From contig JADJIA010000006.1 in NCBI GenBank assembly GCA_016707285.1, positions 8,268-72,267 on the forward strand: a DNA stretch of 64,000 nucleotides. Direction: 5' to 3'. This stretch comes from Ignavibacteriales bacterium (GTDB lineage: Bacteria > Bacteroidota > Ignavibacteria > Ignavibacteriales > Ignavibacteriaceae). The position numbers and the translations under genes are program-made. The first letter of the stretch is position 1. Every line of letters begins with the position of its first letter. This document shows positions 37,264 to 47,275 of the stretch, piece after piece. The notes beneath the pieces are model-generated. The model was given only the letters and a program-made list of their open reading frames with translations. It made no database searches and was not told where the DNA came from.

Positions 37264-38463
37264 TTAGAGTTTACTTCCCCTCAATCCCCAACCAATCCCC
37301 TCAGGGACCGTAATCTCACCATTTTCATAAACAGGTGATTCTGCAATATCCTCTTTGAAGTAGGGAGCCTGTGATACATGATCCCCCGGTAAATTAACTT
37401 CTATTCTGGATGAAAAATGGACATTGGCAGTTTTCCCAAGTGCCGATTCATACATCCCGCCACACCACACCGAAACACCATTGTTGGAACAAAGTTGTGC
37501 AATTTTTAATGATTCCAGAAAACCCCCAACTCTGGGTGGTTTTATATTTATTATCAATTTTTTGGTGTCTGAAGATTGTTCCCAAAGTTCAATTGCCTGT
37601 CGTGTATGAACAACATTTAAGATGCTTTCATCGAGACAAATTGGAGTTGTAAGCCCGGCTAATTGTCGTGAATGATCCATTATGTCGTCATTCCTGCCGG
37701 GTTGTTCAATCATGGTTAAATTATAATTGTCAAGTTCCTTAAGGAGAGCGATATCCGTCGGTTTAAATAAATCATAAGCAGCGTTTGCATCCACTTGTAA
37801 CAAAATTTCCGGATATTTTTTCCTGACTGCTTCAATATAATTAATATCCTTTCCCGGTTTTATCTTCATCTTGATTCTGGCAACTTTCATCCCCTCAACC
37901 GCATGTTCTATTTTTTTCATAAATAAATCAATTGTCGATTCAAGACCAACACTTGTTCCCGCCAAAACTTTCTTTTTTGTACCACCAAACAGTGTTGAAA
38001 CAGGAACAGAATTCATCTGAGCGATTGCATCCCAATAAGCGCCTTCAACTCCTGCTTTTGCAATTTCATGTCCAACGATCCATCTATACTTATTTATAAA
38101 AGAATAAATATCAGTTACCGGTGAATTACCCGGAGCTACAATTCCATCATTTAAATCAACAGGCTTTCCTGTGAGGGATGAAGATATATAACCTAACGCT
38201 ACCTCCACCGTCCTGTGACATTCGTAATTATACCATGGTGCATCAAGAGGTGGGCATTCCCCTGTTCCCGTAAAAACATCTCCTTGCTCAGTTTCAAAAT
38301 CTATAACAGGAAAAAGCCGGGATAGTGAAGAAAACCTTCCAAAGGAGGTTTCAAACGGGATGGTCATTTCCATCCGCTTTTTGACCACTCTTACCTTGCG
38401 GATAAACAGTGGTTTATTATTGATGAATATGCCCGGATTCTCCGGTATAATCAAATTTGACAT
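37264..38463 (-). CDS. Enolase-superfamily enzyme, o-succinylbenzoate synthase / N-acylamino-acid racemase-like (MR/MLE family)
   Basis: MKIKPGKDINYIEAVRKKYPEILLQVDANAAYD, LTMIEQP and ICLDESI supply the KxK, D, E, D metal and catalytic motifs. Start chosen at MSNLIIP (38463). The longest ORF (to 38535) would add a hydrophobic extension of 24 aa. Confidence 0.8.
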   Translation of the reverse strand: MSNLIIPENPGIFINNKPLFIRKVRVVKKRMEMTIPFETSFGRFSSLSRLFPVIDFETEQGDVFTGTGECPPLDAPWYNYECHRTVEVALGYISSSLTGKPVDLNDGIVAPGNSPVTDIYSFINKYRWIVGHEIAKAGVEGAYWDAIAQMNSVPVSTLFGGTKKKVLAGTSVGLESTIDLFMKKIEHAVEGMKVARIKMKIKPGKDINYIEAVRKKYPEILLQVDANAAYDLFKPTDIALLKELDNYNLTMIEQPGRNDDIMDHSRQLAGLTTPICLDESILNVVHTRQAIELWEQSSDTKKLIINIKPPRVGGFLESLKIAQLCSNNGVSVWCGGMYESALGKTANVHFSSRIEVNLPGDHVSQAPYFKEDIAESPVYENGEITVPEGIGWGLRGSKL

Positions 38464-38708
38464 TCCGATTCCTGTAACTATCAGTAAAAAACAGAAGATA
38501 AAAAAATATAAAACTTCACAGACCATTTCTGTCAATGAAGAAATTTAAATTCGCTGAGACAATTTAAGAATTCGAAAGGTAAGATAATGCAGACCGGGAT
38601 AAAATACACACTTTTTCAAAAACAGGTCTCCCTCACATCCATTATTTAATATTTTTGCGTAAATTCACTTTTAATTTCTTAAACAATCAACAACCGGTTT
38701 AATCAATT

Positions 38709-40727
38709 ATGTTAGAAAATAATCAATTGACAAAAAGGCACCTTACGGGGCTTGCTTCCATCTTTTTATTGCTGATTGTTTCTGTTGTTACCACAAGCTA
38801 TTATTATTATCATCAAACAAGGGAAAACCTGGTAAATGAAAAATATGAGGAGATTAAAACCCTTACCGTTCAGAAAGCAAACAGAGTTTCTTATTGGATT
38901 GATGAAAGAAAAGCCGAAGGAACTTATCTTGCTACCAATAATGTGTTGCTCGAATCCCTGAATAATTACTCATTTATCGATGACATTCAGGCGAGGCACA
39001 GGATAGATGAACTGTTTGAACAATTGCGCGTGAATCATGACTACTCAACAATTGCATTCCTCGATACAAACGGAATTCCTCTTCTTACTACCGGACTTCC
39101 GGTGGAAACCGGCGTAAACAATAAATATCTCCTCATTGCTGATACATCACGAAAACCGATTCTGCTACAGGACGAACTTGATGCAATAATTCCTTCGCCT
39201 GTGATTCTTACAGCTGTTTTCTTAAAAAACAAGACGAGAATGGGTTATATCTATCAGAAAATAGATATAAGAACCGATATCCGTCCTGTGGTTCAGAGTG
39301 AACTGACAGGAAAAGCTGATTTTAAAATTAATCTGATTTTTCTTAAAGATGAACAGTTCTATTTTATTCTTGATACCAATGGTGTCCCCTATTTAAGGGA
39401 TAAAAATTCTGATGGGACCATAGCCGATCAAATAATAAGTCTTGTAGCAAGCAAAAAAGATGGTAAACTTGGAGGCACAGGGTTTGACAAAAAAACAAAA
39501 ATTGGCTACCTGGCAAGAGTGAATGGTTACAATCTATTTATTTACACAAGCGCCACACTCAACAGAATTGAAGAACCCCTTACTCCTATCTTTATCCTTC
39601 TCACGATTATTATCATAATCACTATCGCTATCTCGTCTCTTGGTGCTGTTTTGGTGGTTAAAAACCGGGAATCAAAATATATAGGTAAAATTGCTGAATC
39701 GGAGGCTTTTCTCGAGAGTATTAGAGAAGGGATGTCTGATGGTTTTATCGTTTTTGATGAAGATATGAAGGTAATTGCCGCCAACACAAAAGCTATTTCG
39801 CTATTTGGTAAAAGCAGAGAATCTTTCACGGGAATCATGGCATCAGAATTTATTCCCCGGCTTGAAACTACATCGTTTTATCAAAATTTTGTTGATGTGA
39901 GAAGACTGAAAAAACCAATAAAGAGTGTCGATTATATCCAACAGTGGGACACTTATTTTCAGAATAAATTTTTTCCGGTACATAACGGAATCGCCCTCTT
40001 CTTCTCTGATATTACCGAGGAAATAAAATTAAAAGAAGCACTTCATATTACAAACAAACAACTTGAAAGTCTGAATCTCCACCTTCAAGTGGTGACTGAA
40101 AATGAAAGGGAGGCAATTGCCAGGGAAATCCACGATGAGCTGGGGCAGGCTCTCACCTCTCTAAAAATGAATCTCGCAATGATCCGAAATTCGATAAATG
40201 CAACTCCAAACAATGTCGATTCAAGTTTCATCCTCGATGAAATGGCTACGATGGGAAAACAGATTGATGATACAGTAAAAAGGATTCGCAGGATTATCAC
40301 CGAGTTGAGACCCGAAGTTCTCGACCATCTCGGGCTTGTTGCTGCCATCGAATGGCTCGTTGACGACAGTCAGGTAAAAAGTCCTGTCAAATATAAAGTA
40401 ATAAAAAATGTTGAAGATATCGACCTCGACAAGGTGGTGGCAACCGCTCTGTTCAGAATTGTTCAGGAGACTGTTACAAACATTAACAGGCACTCTAAAG
40501 CAACCAACGCAGAAATTTTAATCAATTATGATGACCCGGGATTAACCATCGCAGTCTCCGACAACGGGGTGGGCTTCAGTCAAAAAGGAGATACTCCGGT
40601 TACTTCTTTTGGATTACTCGGAATGAGAGAGCGGGCTAAACTGATTAATGCACATTTGAATATAAATTCTGTCGTGAAATCGGGTACAACTGTTACAATA
40701 AAAGTTGATAATCTAAAAAACTTTTAA
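38709..40727 (+). CDS. Membrane sensor histidine kinase (periplasmic Cache-like domain, PAS, HisKA_3, HATPase_c)
   Basis: Two transmembrane segments flank an extracytoplasmic domain of about 260 aa. A PAS-like region (GMSDGFIVFDEDMKVIAAN). HisKA_3 H-box REIHDELGQALTSLK. N-box ETVTNINRHSKA. G-boxes DNGVGF and GLLGMRERA. Confidence 0.9.
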   Translation: MLENNQLTKRHLTGLASIFLLLIVSVVTTSYYYYHQTRENLVNEKYEEIKTLTVQKANRVSYWIDERKAEGTYLATNNVLLESLNNYSFIDDIQARHRIDELFEQLRVNHDYSTIAFLDTNGIPLLTTGLPVETGVNNKYLLIADTSRKPILLQDELDAIIPSPVILTAVFLKNKTRMGYIYQKIDIRTDIRPVVQSELTGKADFKINLIFLKDEQFYFILDTNGVPYLRDKNSDGTIADQIISLVASKKDGKLGGTGFDKKTKIGYLARVNGYNLFIYTSATLNRIEEPLTPIFILLTIIIIITIAISSLGAVLVVKNRESKYIGKIAESEAFLESIREGMSDGFIVFDEDMKVIAANTKAISLFGKSRESFTGIMASEFIPRLETTSFYQNFVDVRRLKKPIKSVDYIQQWDTYFQNKFFPVHNGIALFFSDITEEIKLKEALHITNKQLESLNLHLQVVTENEREAIAREIHDELGQALTSLKMNLAMIRNSINATPNNVDSSFILDEMATMGKQIDDTVKRIRRIITELRPEVLDHLGLVAAIEWLVDDSQVKSPVKYKVIKNVEDIDLDKVVATALFRIVQETVTNINRHSKATNAEILINYDDPGLTIAVSDNGVGFSQKGDTPVTSFGLLGMRERAKLINAHLNINSVVKSGTTVTIKVDNLKNF

Positions 40728-40802
40728 CTCTGTATTGTTTCTTAATGTCAAATTGTTTAATATTTGATCCGATAACTTATAAAATCTTTAATCCAAAAAT
40801 AT

Positions 40803-41435
40803 ATGATCAAAATTTTTCTTGCCGACGACCATATCCTTATCCGTGAAGGACTTAAGCGGCTCATTAATATAGAACCCGACATCCGTGTGATTGGCGAATC
40901 TGCTGATCCGGTTGAGATATTAAAAGCCACAAAAGAAGGTGATTATGATATTTTGATTCTTGATATTACGCTGCCACAAAAAAGTGGATTGGAAATTCTT
41001 AAGGAAGTGAAAGCAATGGATCCCTCTGCTAAAGTACTGATCCTTAGTATGCACCCCGAAGAGAGGTTTGCCATTCGTTCTTTAAAAGCTGGTGCCTATG
41101 GTTATTTAACAAAAGAAAGTGCCGGCGACGACATCATCCTCGCAATTAAAAAAATTGCCTCCGGTAGAAGATACCTCAGTGAGAGCCTTGCCGAAAAGCT
41201 TGCCGGTGGGCTTGAACTGGCAAAAAACAAACTTCCACACGAAATACTCTCGGATCGTGAATTTGAAATCCTCCGGTATATTGCCCAGGGCAAAGCACTA
41301 ACGGAGATTGGCGAAGAACTGAATATCAGTGTAAGTACTGTTGGTACCTACAGAAGCAGGATTCTCGACAAACTGAAACTCTCTAATAATGCTGAACTTA
41401 TTTTATATGTCCTCGAGAACCACCTGATCGACTAA
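40803..41435 (+). CDS. NarL/FixJ-family response regulator (REC + LuxR-type helix-turn-helix)
   Basis: REC motifs (FLADDH, ILILDITLP, SMH..., K). HTH region LSDREFEILRYIAQGKALTEIGEELNISVSTVGTYRSRIL. Confidence 0.92.
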   Translation: MIKIFLADDHILIREGLKRLINIEPDIRVIGESADPVEILKATKEGDYDILILDITLPQKSGLEILKEVKAMDPSAKVLILSMHPEERFAIRSLKAGAYGYLTKESAGDDIILAIKKIASGRRYLSESLAEKLAGGLELAKNKLPHEILSDREFEILRYIAQGKALTEIGEELNISVSTVGTYRSRILDKLKLSNNAELILYVLENHLID

Positions 41436-41494
41436 CCCCCTGTCGAAATATTCCTACACACAGAATCAAGAATTTCCTATAATACCCTTAATTC

Positions 41495-41531
41495 ATTTCG
41501 CTTAATTTTGAACAGTTTATTTAAGCGAAAT
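41495..41531. promoter_or_regulatory. Perfect 11-bp inverted repeat immediately upstream of the single-domain response regulator gene
   Basis: ATTTCGCTTAA (41495-41505) / TTAAGCGAAAT (41521-41531) with a 15-nt spacer. A TATAAT hexamer lies at 41478-41483. The right arm ends 4 nt before the ATG at 41536. Confidence 0.35.
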
Positions 41532-41535
41532 ATTG

Positions 41536-41901
41536 ATGAATATTCTAATTGTTGATGATGCTGAGAATGTAAGGCACAATATCCTTAGGTTACTCGTTCA
41601 GGAATCAGGAATGAACACTTTCCGTCAGGCAGCTTCCTGTTCTGAGGCAATGGTTTGCCTTGAAACTGAAGTTCCGGCTATCCTGATCGTAGATCTTAAA
41701 CTGCCCGATGGTAGTGGTTTTGAAATTATCGAGAAAGCTTCTCAATTAACACCAAAACCGCTTATTATTGTTCTGTCAAATTTTGGACTGACAAAATTCA
41801 GGGAAAGAGCATTGTCGCTCGGCGCATCATATTTTTTTGATAAAACTGAAGAATTTGACAAGCTGATTGGCCTGGCGAAAAACAATTTCGCTTTTGTGTA
41901 G
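41536..41901 (+). CDS. Single-domain (CheY-like) response regulator
   Basis: REC domain only: ILIVDDAENV, ILIVDLKLPDGSG, VLSNFG, K in ...ASYFFDK. An alternative TTG start lies at 41533. Confidence 0.88.
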   Translation: MNILIVDDAENVRHNILRLLVQESGMNTFRQAASCSEAMVCLETEVPAILIVDLKLPDGSGFEIIEKASQLTPKPLIIVLSNFGLTKFRERALSLGASYFFDKTEEFDKLIGLAKNNFAFV

Positions 41902-42011
41902 AACTGTTACGACAAATCCATAATTGATATTCTACTTCAAAATCAACATATTACTATAATTTACCGTTTCAGGGAAAGTTAAATTGCATAAGAGAATTTT
42001 AGGAATATGTT

Positions 42012-42371
42012 ATGACTGATTATAAAGCCGATAAAGAACCCGGGGGTTTGGACAATCAAGATCTGCAAAACAACCTCCAGAGTGATCTTTGCCACGAGCT
42101 CAGGACACCGCTAATCGGAATACTTGGATTTTCCGAACTTTTGATGGAAGAAAAAAGTGTTGACGATGTAACTGTGATGGCTGAAAAGATTAACAATTGT
42201 GGGACGAGATTACTTCAGTTTATTGACAAATTATTAACCACTCCCGTGGATGGCCAGTTTGAAACTGACAAAAATATAAATCCGGATATGGCTTATAGTG
42301 AAGAGGAACTTAGAATATTTAGAATTGAGTTACTAAACAGATTTAAGAAATTAGCTGCAACCGGAGATTAA
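42012..42371 (+). CDS. Stand-alone HisKA (DHp) domain protein lacking an ATPase domain
   Basis: A 119-aa ORF. H-box LCHELRTPLIGILGFSELL is followed by a second helix (INNCGTRLLQFIDKLL). No N, G1, F or G2 boxes. Only about 210 nt remain before the next convergent gene, so no catalytic domain can be encoded downstream. Confidence 0.65.
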   Translation: MTDYKADKEPGGLDNQDLQNNLQSDLCHELRTPLIGILGFSELLMEEKSVDDVTVMAEKINNCGTRLLQFIDKLLTTPVDGQFETDKNINPDMAYSEEELRIFRIELLNRFKKLAATGD

Positions 42372-42531
42372 GCAGAATGAAAGCAAAGATATTTTTTATG
42401 ATATACACAACCCACTCAATAACCGGCGATGGTACTGAAGAGTGCAACTATCAGATCTTTGCAATTTTAATTTACTGCTAATAAGTTTGATGATGATGAG
42501 TACCCGATGATGGTTATGTATCGCAAGATAC

Positions 42532-42570
42532 AAAAAAAAAGGCTGCCTCCCCGGCAGCCTTTCTCATTTT
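42532..42570. terminator. Bidirectional hairpin terminator
   Basis: An A9 run, stem GGCTGCC (42541-42547) / GGCAGCC (42553-42559), then TTTCTCATTTT. Confidence 0.8.
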
Positions 42571-42584
42571 AAATAGAATCTCTT

Positions 42585-44933
42585 CTACTTTAGCAGAATA
42601 ATTTTCCTTGTTGCAGAAAACTTGCCTGCGGTCAGTCTTACAAGATAAGTTCCCGATGAAAGTCCTGAACCGTTGATCTGATAAGAATGTCTTCCGGCCG
42701 GTTTGGTTTCATTCATCAAAGTTTTAATCTTTGTTCCTTGTACATCAAAAAGCTCAAGAAGAACAGAGCCTGCATCAGCAATAGAAAATTGAAGAATTGA
42801 GACAGGATTAAATGGATTTGGATAGTTTTGATCGAGCGAATAATTAAACACAGGATTAACATCCACCTCTACCACATTGAATATGGTTACACTTCCGTCG
42901 AAGTCGGTTTGTTTTAATCTGTATGTCAAAACACCCGATCCTGCATTTTTGTCGGTAAATGAATAAGCCACCTGCGAAGTTGAGTTTCCGGTGCCTTTTA
43001 CAAAACCTATCGAACTAAATTCTCCAGAACTGTTCATTTTCTCAACATCAAAGCCGTAATTATTGGTCTCTGTTGCAGTGGTCCATTCAAGATTTACCAC
43101 ATCATTATTTGCCGTGGCAGTAAATGACATTAACTCAACCGGAACAGCAGTATATTTGAATATCTGGATATCATCCACATAAAATCCATCTGCAGTTTGT
43201 GAACCATCCGATTTGAAAAGGAACCGCAACATAATATTCTGCCCGGTGTAAGCGGAAAGATCAACAAATTCATTTTGCCAGGTGGTCTTTGTTCCATTAT
43301 ATAATGGTTGACCATTTGGTTGAAAACTTCCTGATCCAAGAATCATGCCCTGCGCCCTGAGCGGAGTCCAAACAGTTCCATTATTGGTCGAAATCAAAAG
43401 CTGAACATAATCCCAACCTGATTCAAGATCCCATTGAGCCGAGTAACTAAGTCCAGCTCCTAAAGCTGTTCCAAGTTCAACTGCGGTAGTTTTTGACATG
43501 GTTGCAGTTATATTGTTCCCGTATTGTCCCGTTGGAGATTCTGAAAACGATGTTGGCGGAGATACTGATTTTGTTGTGCTCAATCCCCAATTATTCGAAA
43601 TTGTCCAGCCGTTTGTTGAATTTGCATTATCCAACATTACCACATCGGTCTGTGCAACATAAAAACGATGGAATGATTGTGGAGGAGTTGACCCGGGAGG
43701 ATTAACTCCTGATCCACCCATCGGTGAGGTAACAACTATACTTCCTGAAACATCCTGAGCGGCAATATAATACTCAACTGCTGTACCCATTGCCTGTTGA
43801 GGTATTTCGAAATTATAGAGACCTCCTGATCTGCCTGCCGGGGTTCCGGTAACAGAAGAAAACTGGGAATATATTCCACCACCTGACGAGGTTCTGTAAT
43901 ATAATCTTGGTGCAGCAGTTCCCGAGCCCACATCAAGCCCTGTCTGAAGGTCTGCGGCAGCAACAATCGGTGCAGCATATGCGGCTGTTGGAACAGGAGT
44001 GTGAACAATCTTCAAATTCAAATTTAGAGCAAAATTGGCAAAAGTTCCGATTGCCAGCTTTGACATTTTGAGGAAATATGGCTGATTAAAATGGTCAATC
44101 TTATCATTCACTGTATGATAATAAGCGTTAAAATCGTTGTCATCATCCTCGATCAATAAAATTGCACTATAACCTTTGCTCCAAAATGAAGCATGGTCAC
44201 TTGCTGTAGAGCCGGGAGTTTTTTGAACTGTGACGATTCCAATTCCAAGTGATAAATTTATCTCTACCATTTTGTTGTAAAGATCCATCGACTGTGCAGT
44301 TGCTCTTACATGAAGATTTGCTTTGTTGTCATTGTTTGCATCATAGGCTATCATATCCATGTTCACAACACCAAGAATAGAATCACCTGCTGCTGATGCC
44401 TGATTTGCATAGTATGCTGATCCTATCAGCCCCTGCTCTTCTTCATCCCAGAGTGCAAAAACTATCGTATAAGGGAAATCATATTGAGAAAGGATTCTTG
44501 CTGCTTCAATAACTGCCGCAGTTCCACTTCCATTGTCATCTGCTCCGGGAGCAATCGATCCCGAAGGCATGTCGTCAAAATGGGCACAAATAATGTATTT
44601 TTGATTGGGGAATTGTGTCCCGGTCTTTACTCCGATTACATTTTTTCCTGTTGTGCTAAAACTTTGAAGAGTTGCTGTTAAACCGTATCGCTGAAGAGAC
44701 TGCTGAATATACTCGGCAGCTTTGTCGTTTGATGCATTGTTTTTATGTCTTGATACTATTGTGTATGGTTGACCGCTTATAGTTACAGGAAGAACACCTG
44801 AAAGTTCTTTTACAAACTTCATTAAAGTGTCTTGATTCACCTGATTTACTATGTTTTGTACACTCGTTTGAGGGAATATGGCAGTAGATAATAGAATCAC
44901 TGTCAGACAAATAAAACTGTAGTATTTACGCAT
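42585..44933 (-). CDS. M28-family aminopeptidase with additional beta-sandwich modules and a T9SS C-terminal sorting domain
   Basis: M28 zinc-ligand motifs ICAHFDDMP, GADDNGSGTAAVIEAARIL, LWDEEEQGLIGS. The C-terminus is DQNYPNPFNPVSILQFSI...GTYLVRLTAGKFSATRKIILLK. Confidence 0.88.
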   Translation of the reverse strand: MRKYYSFICLTVILLSTAIFPQTSVQNIVNQVNQDTLMKFVKELSGVLPVTISGQPYTIVSRHKNNASNDKAAEYIQQSLQRYGLTATLQSFSTTGKNVIGVKTGTQFPNQKYIICAHFDDMPSGSIAPGADDNGSGTAAVIEAARILSQYDFPYTIVFALWDEEEQGLIGSAYYANQASAAGDSILGVVNMDMIAYDANNDNKANLHVRATAQSMDLYNKMVEINLSLGIGIVTVQKTPGSTASDHASFWSKGYSAILLIEDDDNDFNAYYHTVNDKIDHFNQPYFLKMSKLAIGTFANFALNLNLKIVHTPVPTAAYAAPIVAAADLQTGLDVGSGTAAPRLYYRTSSGGGIYSQFSSVTGTPAGRSGGLYNFEIPQQAMGTAVEYYIAAQDVSGSIVVTSPMGGSGVNPPGSTPPQSFHRFYVAQTDVVMLDNANSTNGWTISNNWGLSTTKSVSPPTSFSESPTGQYGNNITATMSKTTAVELGTALGAGLSYSAQWDLESGWDYVQLLISTNNGTVWTPLRAQGMILGSGSFQPNGQPLYNGTKTTWQNEFVDLSAYTGQNIMLRFLFKSDGSQTADGFYVDDIQIFKYTAVPVELMSFTATANNDVVNLEWTTATETNNYGFDVEKMNSSGEFSSIGFVKGTGNSTSQVAYSFTDKNAGSGVLTYRLKQTDFDGSVTIFNVVEVDVNPVFNYSLDQNYPNPFNPVSILQFSIADAGSVLLELFDVQGTKIKTLMNETKPAGRHSYQINGSGLSSGTYLVRLTAGKFSATRKIILLK

Positions 44934-45118
44934 TTTTATCCAGTTTGGTATAAATTATGTATCCATGGAAAGAAAAGTTTCCTGACATTTAAATTACATA
45001 TTTTTTCCCATATGGTTATGCAAAAAAAGACTGTCTAATAATCCCGGTTCGGACACTCTTTTCGTGACAAATTTGTATATTTGTTGTTGTGATATAAAAA
45101 GTTTTATATCATAATTAT

Positions 45119-46509
<1,391 letters not shown>

Positions 46510-46525
46510 TTCTCTCCTTTTTACA

Positions 46526-46572
46526 GGTGTGAGTTATAATGCCCCGGCATAATACTCACACCTTTTATATTT
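46526..46572 (+). terminator. Rho-independent terminator after eno
   Basis: Stem GGTGTGAGT (46526-46534) / ACTCACACC (46554-46562) with additional inner pairing, followed by TTTTATATTTT. Confidence 0.8.
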
Positions 46573-46669
46573 TAAAAACAGTTTACTCTCTTTTAACCCT
46601 TTTTTATTGTACCTCATATCACATTTCCACCGAATAAATCATTTTAAATTCAAAAAAAATATGTTTTTA

Positions 46670-46698
46670 TTGACATTAATTATTAATTGTGTTATATT
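46670..46698 (+). promoter_or_regulatory. Consensus-like sigma70 promoter
   Basis: TTGACA (46670-46675), a 17-nt spacer, then TATATT (46693-46698), 33 nt upstream of ATG 46731. Confidence 0.5.
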
Positions 46699-46730
46699 CA
46701 CTTAATCGTTTCATTAATCTTAGAGATACT

Positions 46731-47246
46731 ATGAAAGTTATATTGGCAACTCTCTTACTGGTTGGAGTGGTTTTTTTTACATTTAATGGATGTAAATCAG
46801 ATGATTCACCAACCAACCCGGCAACCCCGTCCACAAAAACCATGATCATGGGCCATTTTGGCGTGGATTTTTCAGAGGGTAAAGTCGGAGACCCTGAAAC
46901 AGCATTACCTAATGAAAAAATTGACGGTGAAACAATTGCCTGGTGCCCAAACGGTTCGGGTGGTGGATGGATGACCGGAATTTGGTTCAGATCCAGAGAA
47001 GATAAACTCTATCGGATTGGACCCGGCGATCTTGCTACAATTACTGCAATAGATACAACCAAATGGTCGGCGGATGTTTGTGCCACCGCTCTTAAACCCG
47101 GTGACATCTGGGCAGCGAAAGCACTTGATGGATATGTAGTCTTTAAGGTTACTGCCGTCGCAACCGATTCTGCCGGAATTGCCAACGGTGTAAACTGGCC
47201 TGCCACAGTGGAATATAAATTCTCAACAACTACTAAATTTAACTGA
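46731..47246 (+). CDS. Hypothetical lipoprotein
   Basis: MKVILATLLLVGVVFFTFNGC lipoprotein signal. A small beta-rich body with no known motif. The longest ORF starts at GTG 46689, inside the predicted promoter. Confidence 0.65.
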   Translation: MKVILATLLLVGVVFFTFNGCKSDDSPTNPATPSTKTMIMGHFGVDFSEGKVGDPETALPNEKIDGETIAWCPNGSGGGWMTGIWFRSREDKLYRIGPGDLATITAIDTTKWSADVCATALKPGDIWAAKALDGYVVFKVTAVATDSAGIANGVNWPATVEYKFSTTTKFN

Positions 47247-47250
47247 AATC

Positions 47251-47275
47251 AGGCTGCTCCGGCAGCCTTTTTTTT
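47251..47275. terminator. Bidirectional hairpin terminator shared with uvrA
   Basis: Stem AGGCTGC (47251-47257) / GCAGCCT (47262-47268), then a T8 run. The uvrA stop codon (47274-47276) lies in the T-run. Confidence 0.75.

Noticed and set aside
37410-37652. Plus-strand ORFs inside the enolase-superfamily gene
   Set aside because: They are antisense to a gene with clear KxK/D/E/D motifs, so they are shadow frames.
38464-38535. N-terminal membrane anchor on the OSBS-like enzyme
   Set aside because: The hydrophobic 24-aa extension exists only if the most upstream ATG is used. Family members are soluble, and Met25 aligns with the usual N-terminus. I kept this as a note rather than a call.
42377-42481. 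34-codon ORF (MKAKIFFMIYTTHSITGDGTEECNYQIFAILIYC) downstream of the DHp-only gene
   Set aside because: It has no RBS, is very short and has no recognisable motif. I noted it only because it lies in otherwise unexplained spacer DNA.
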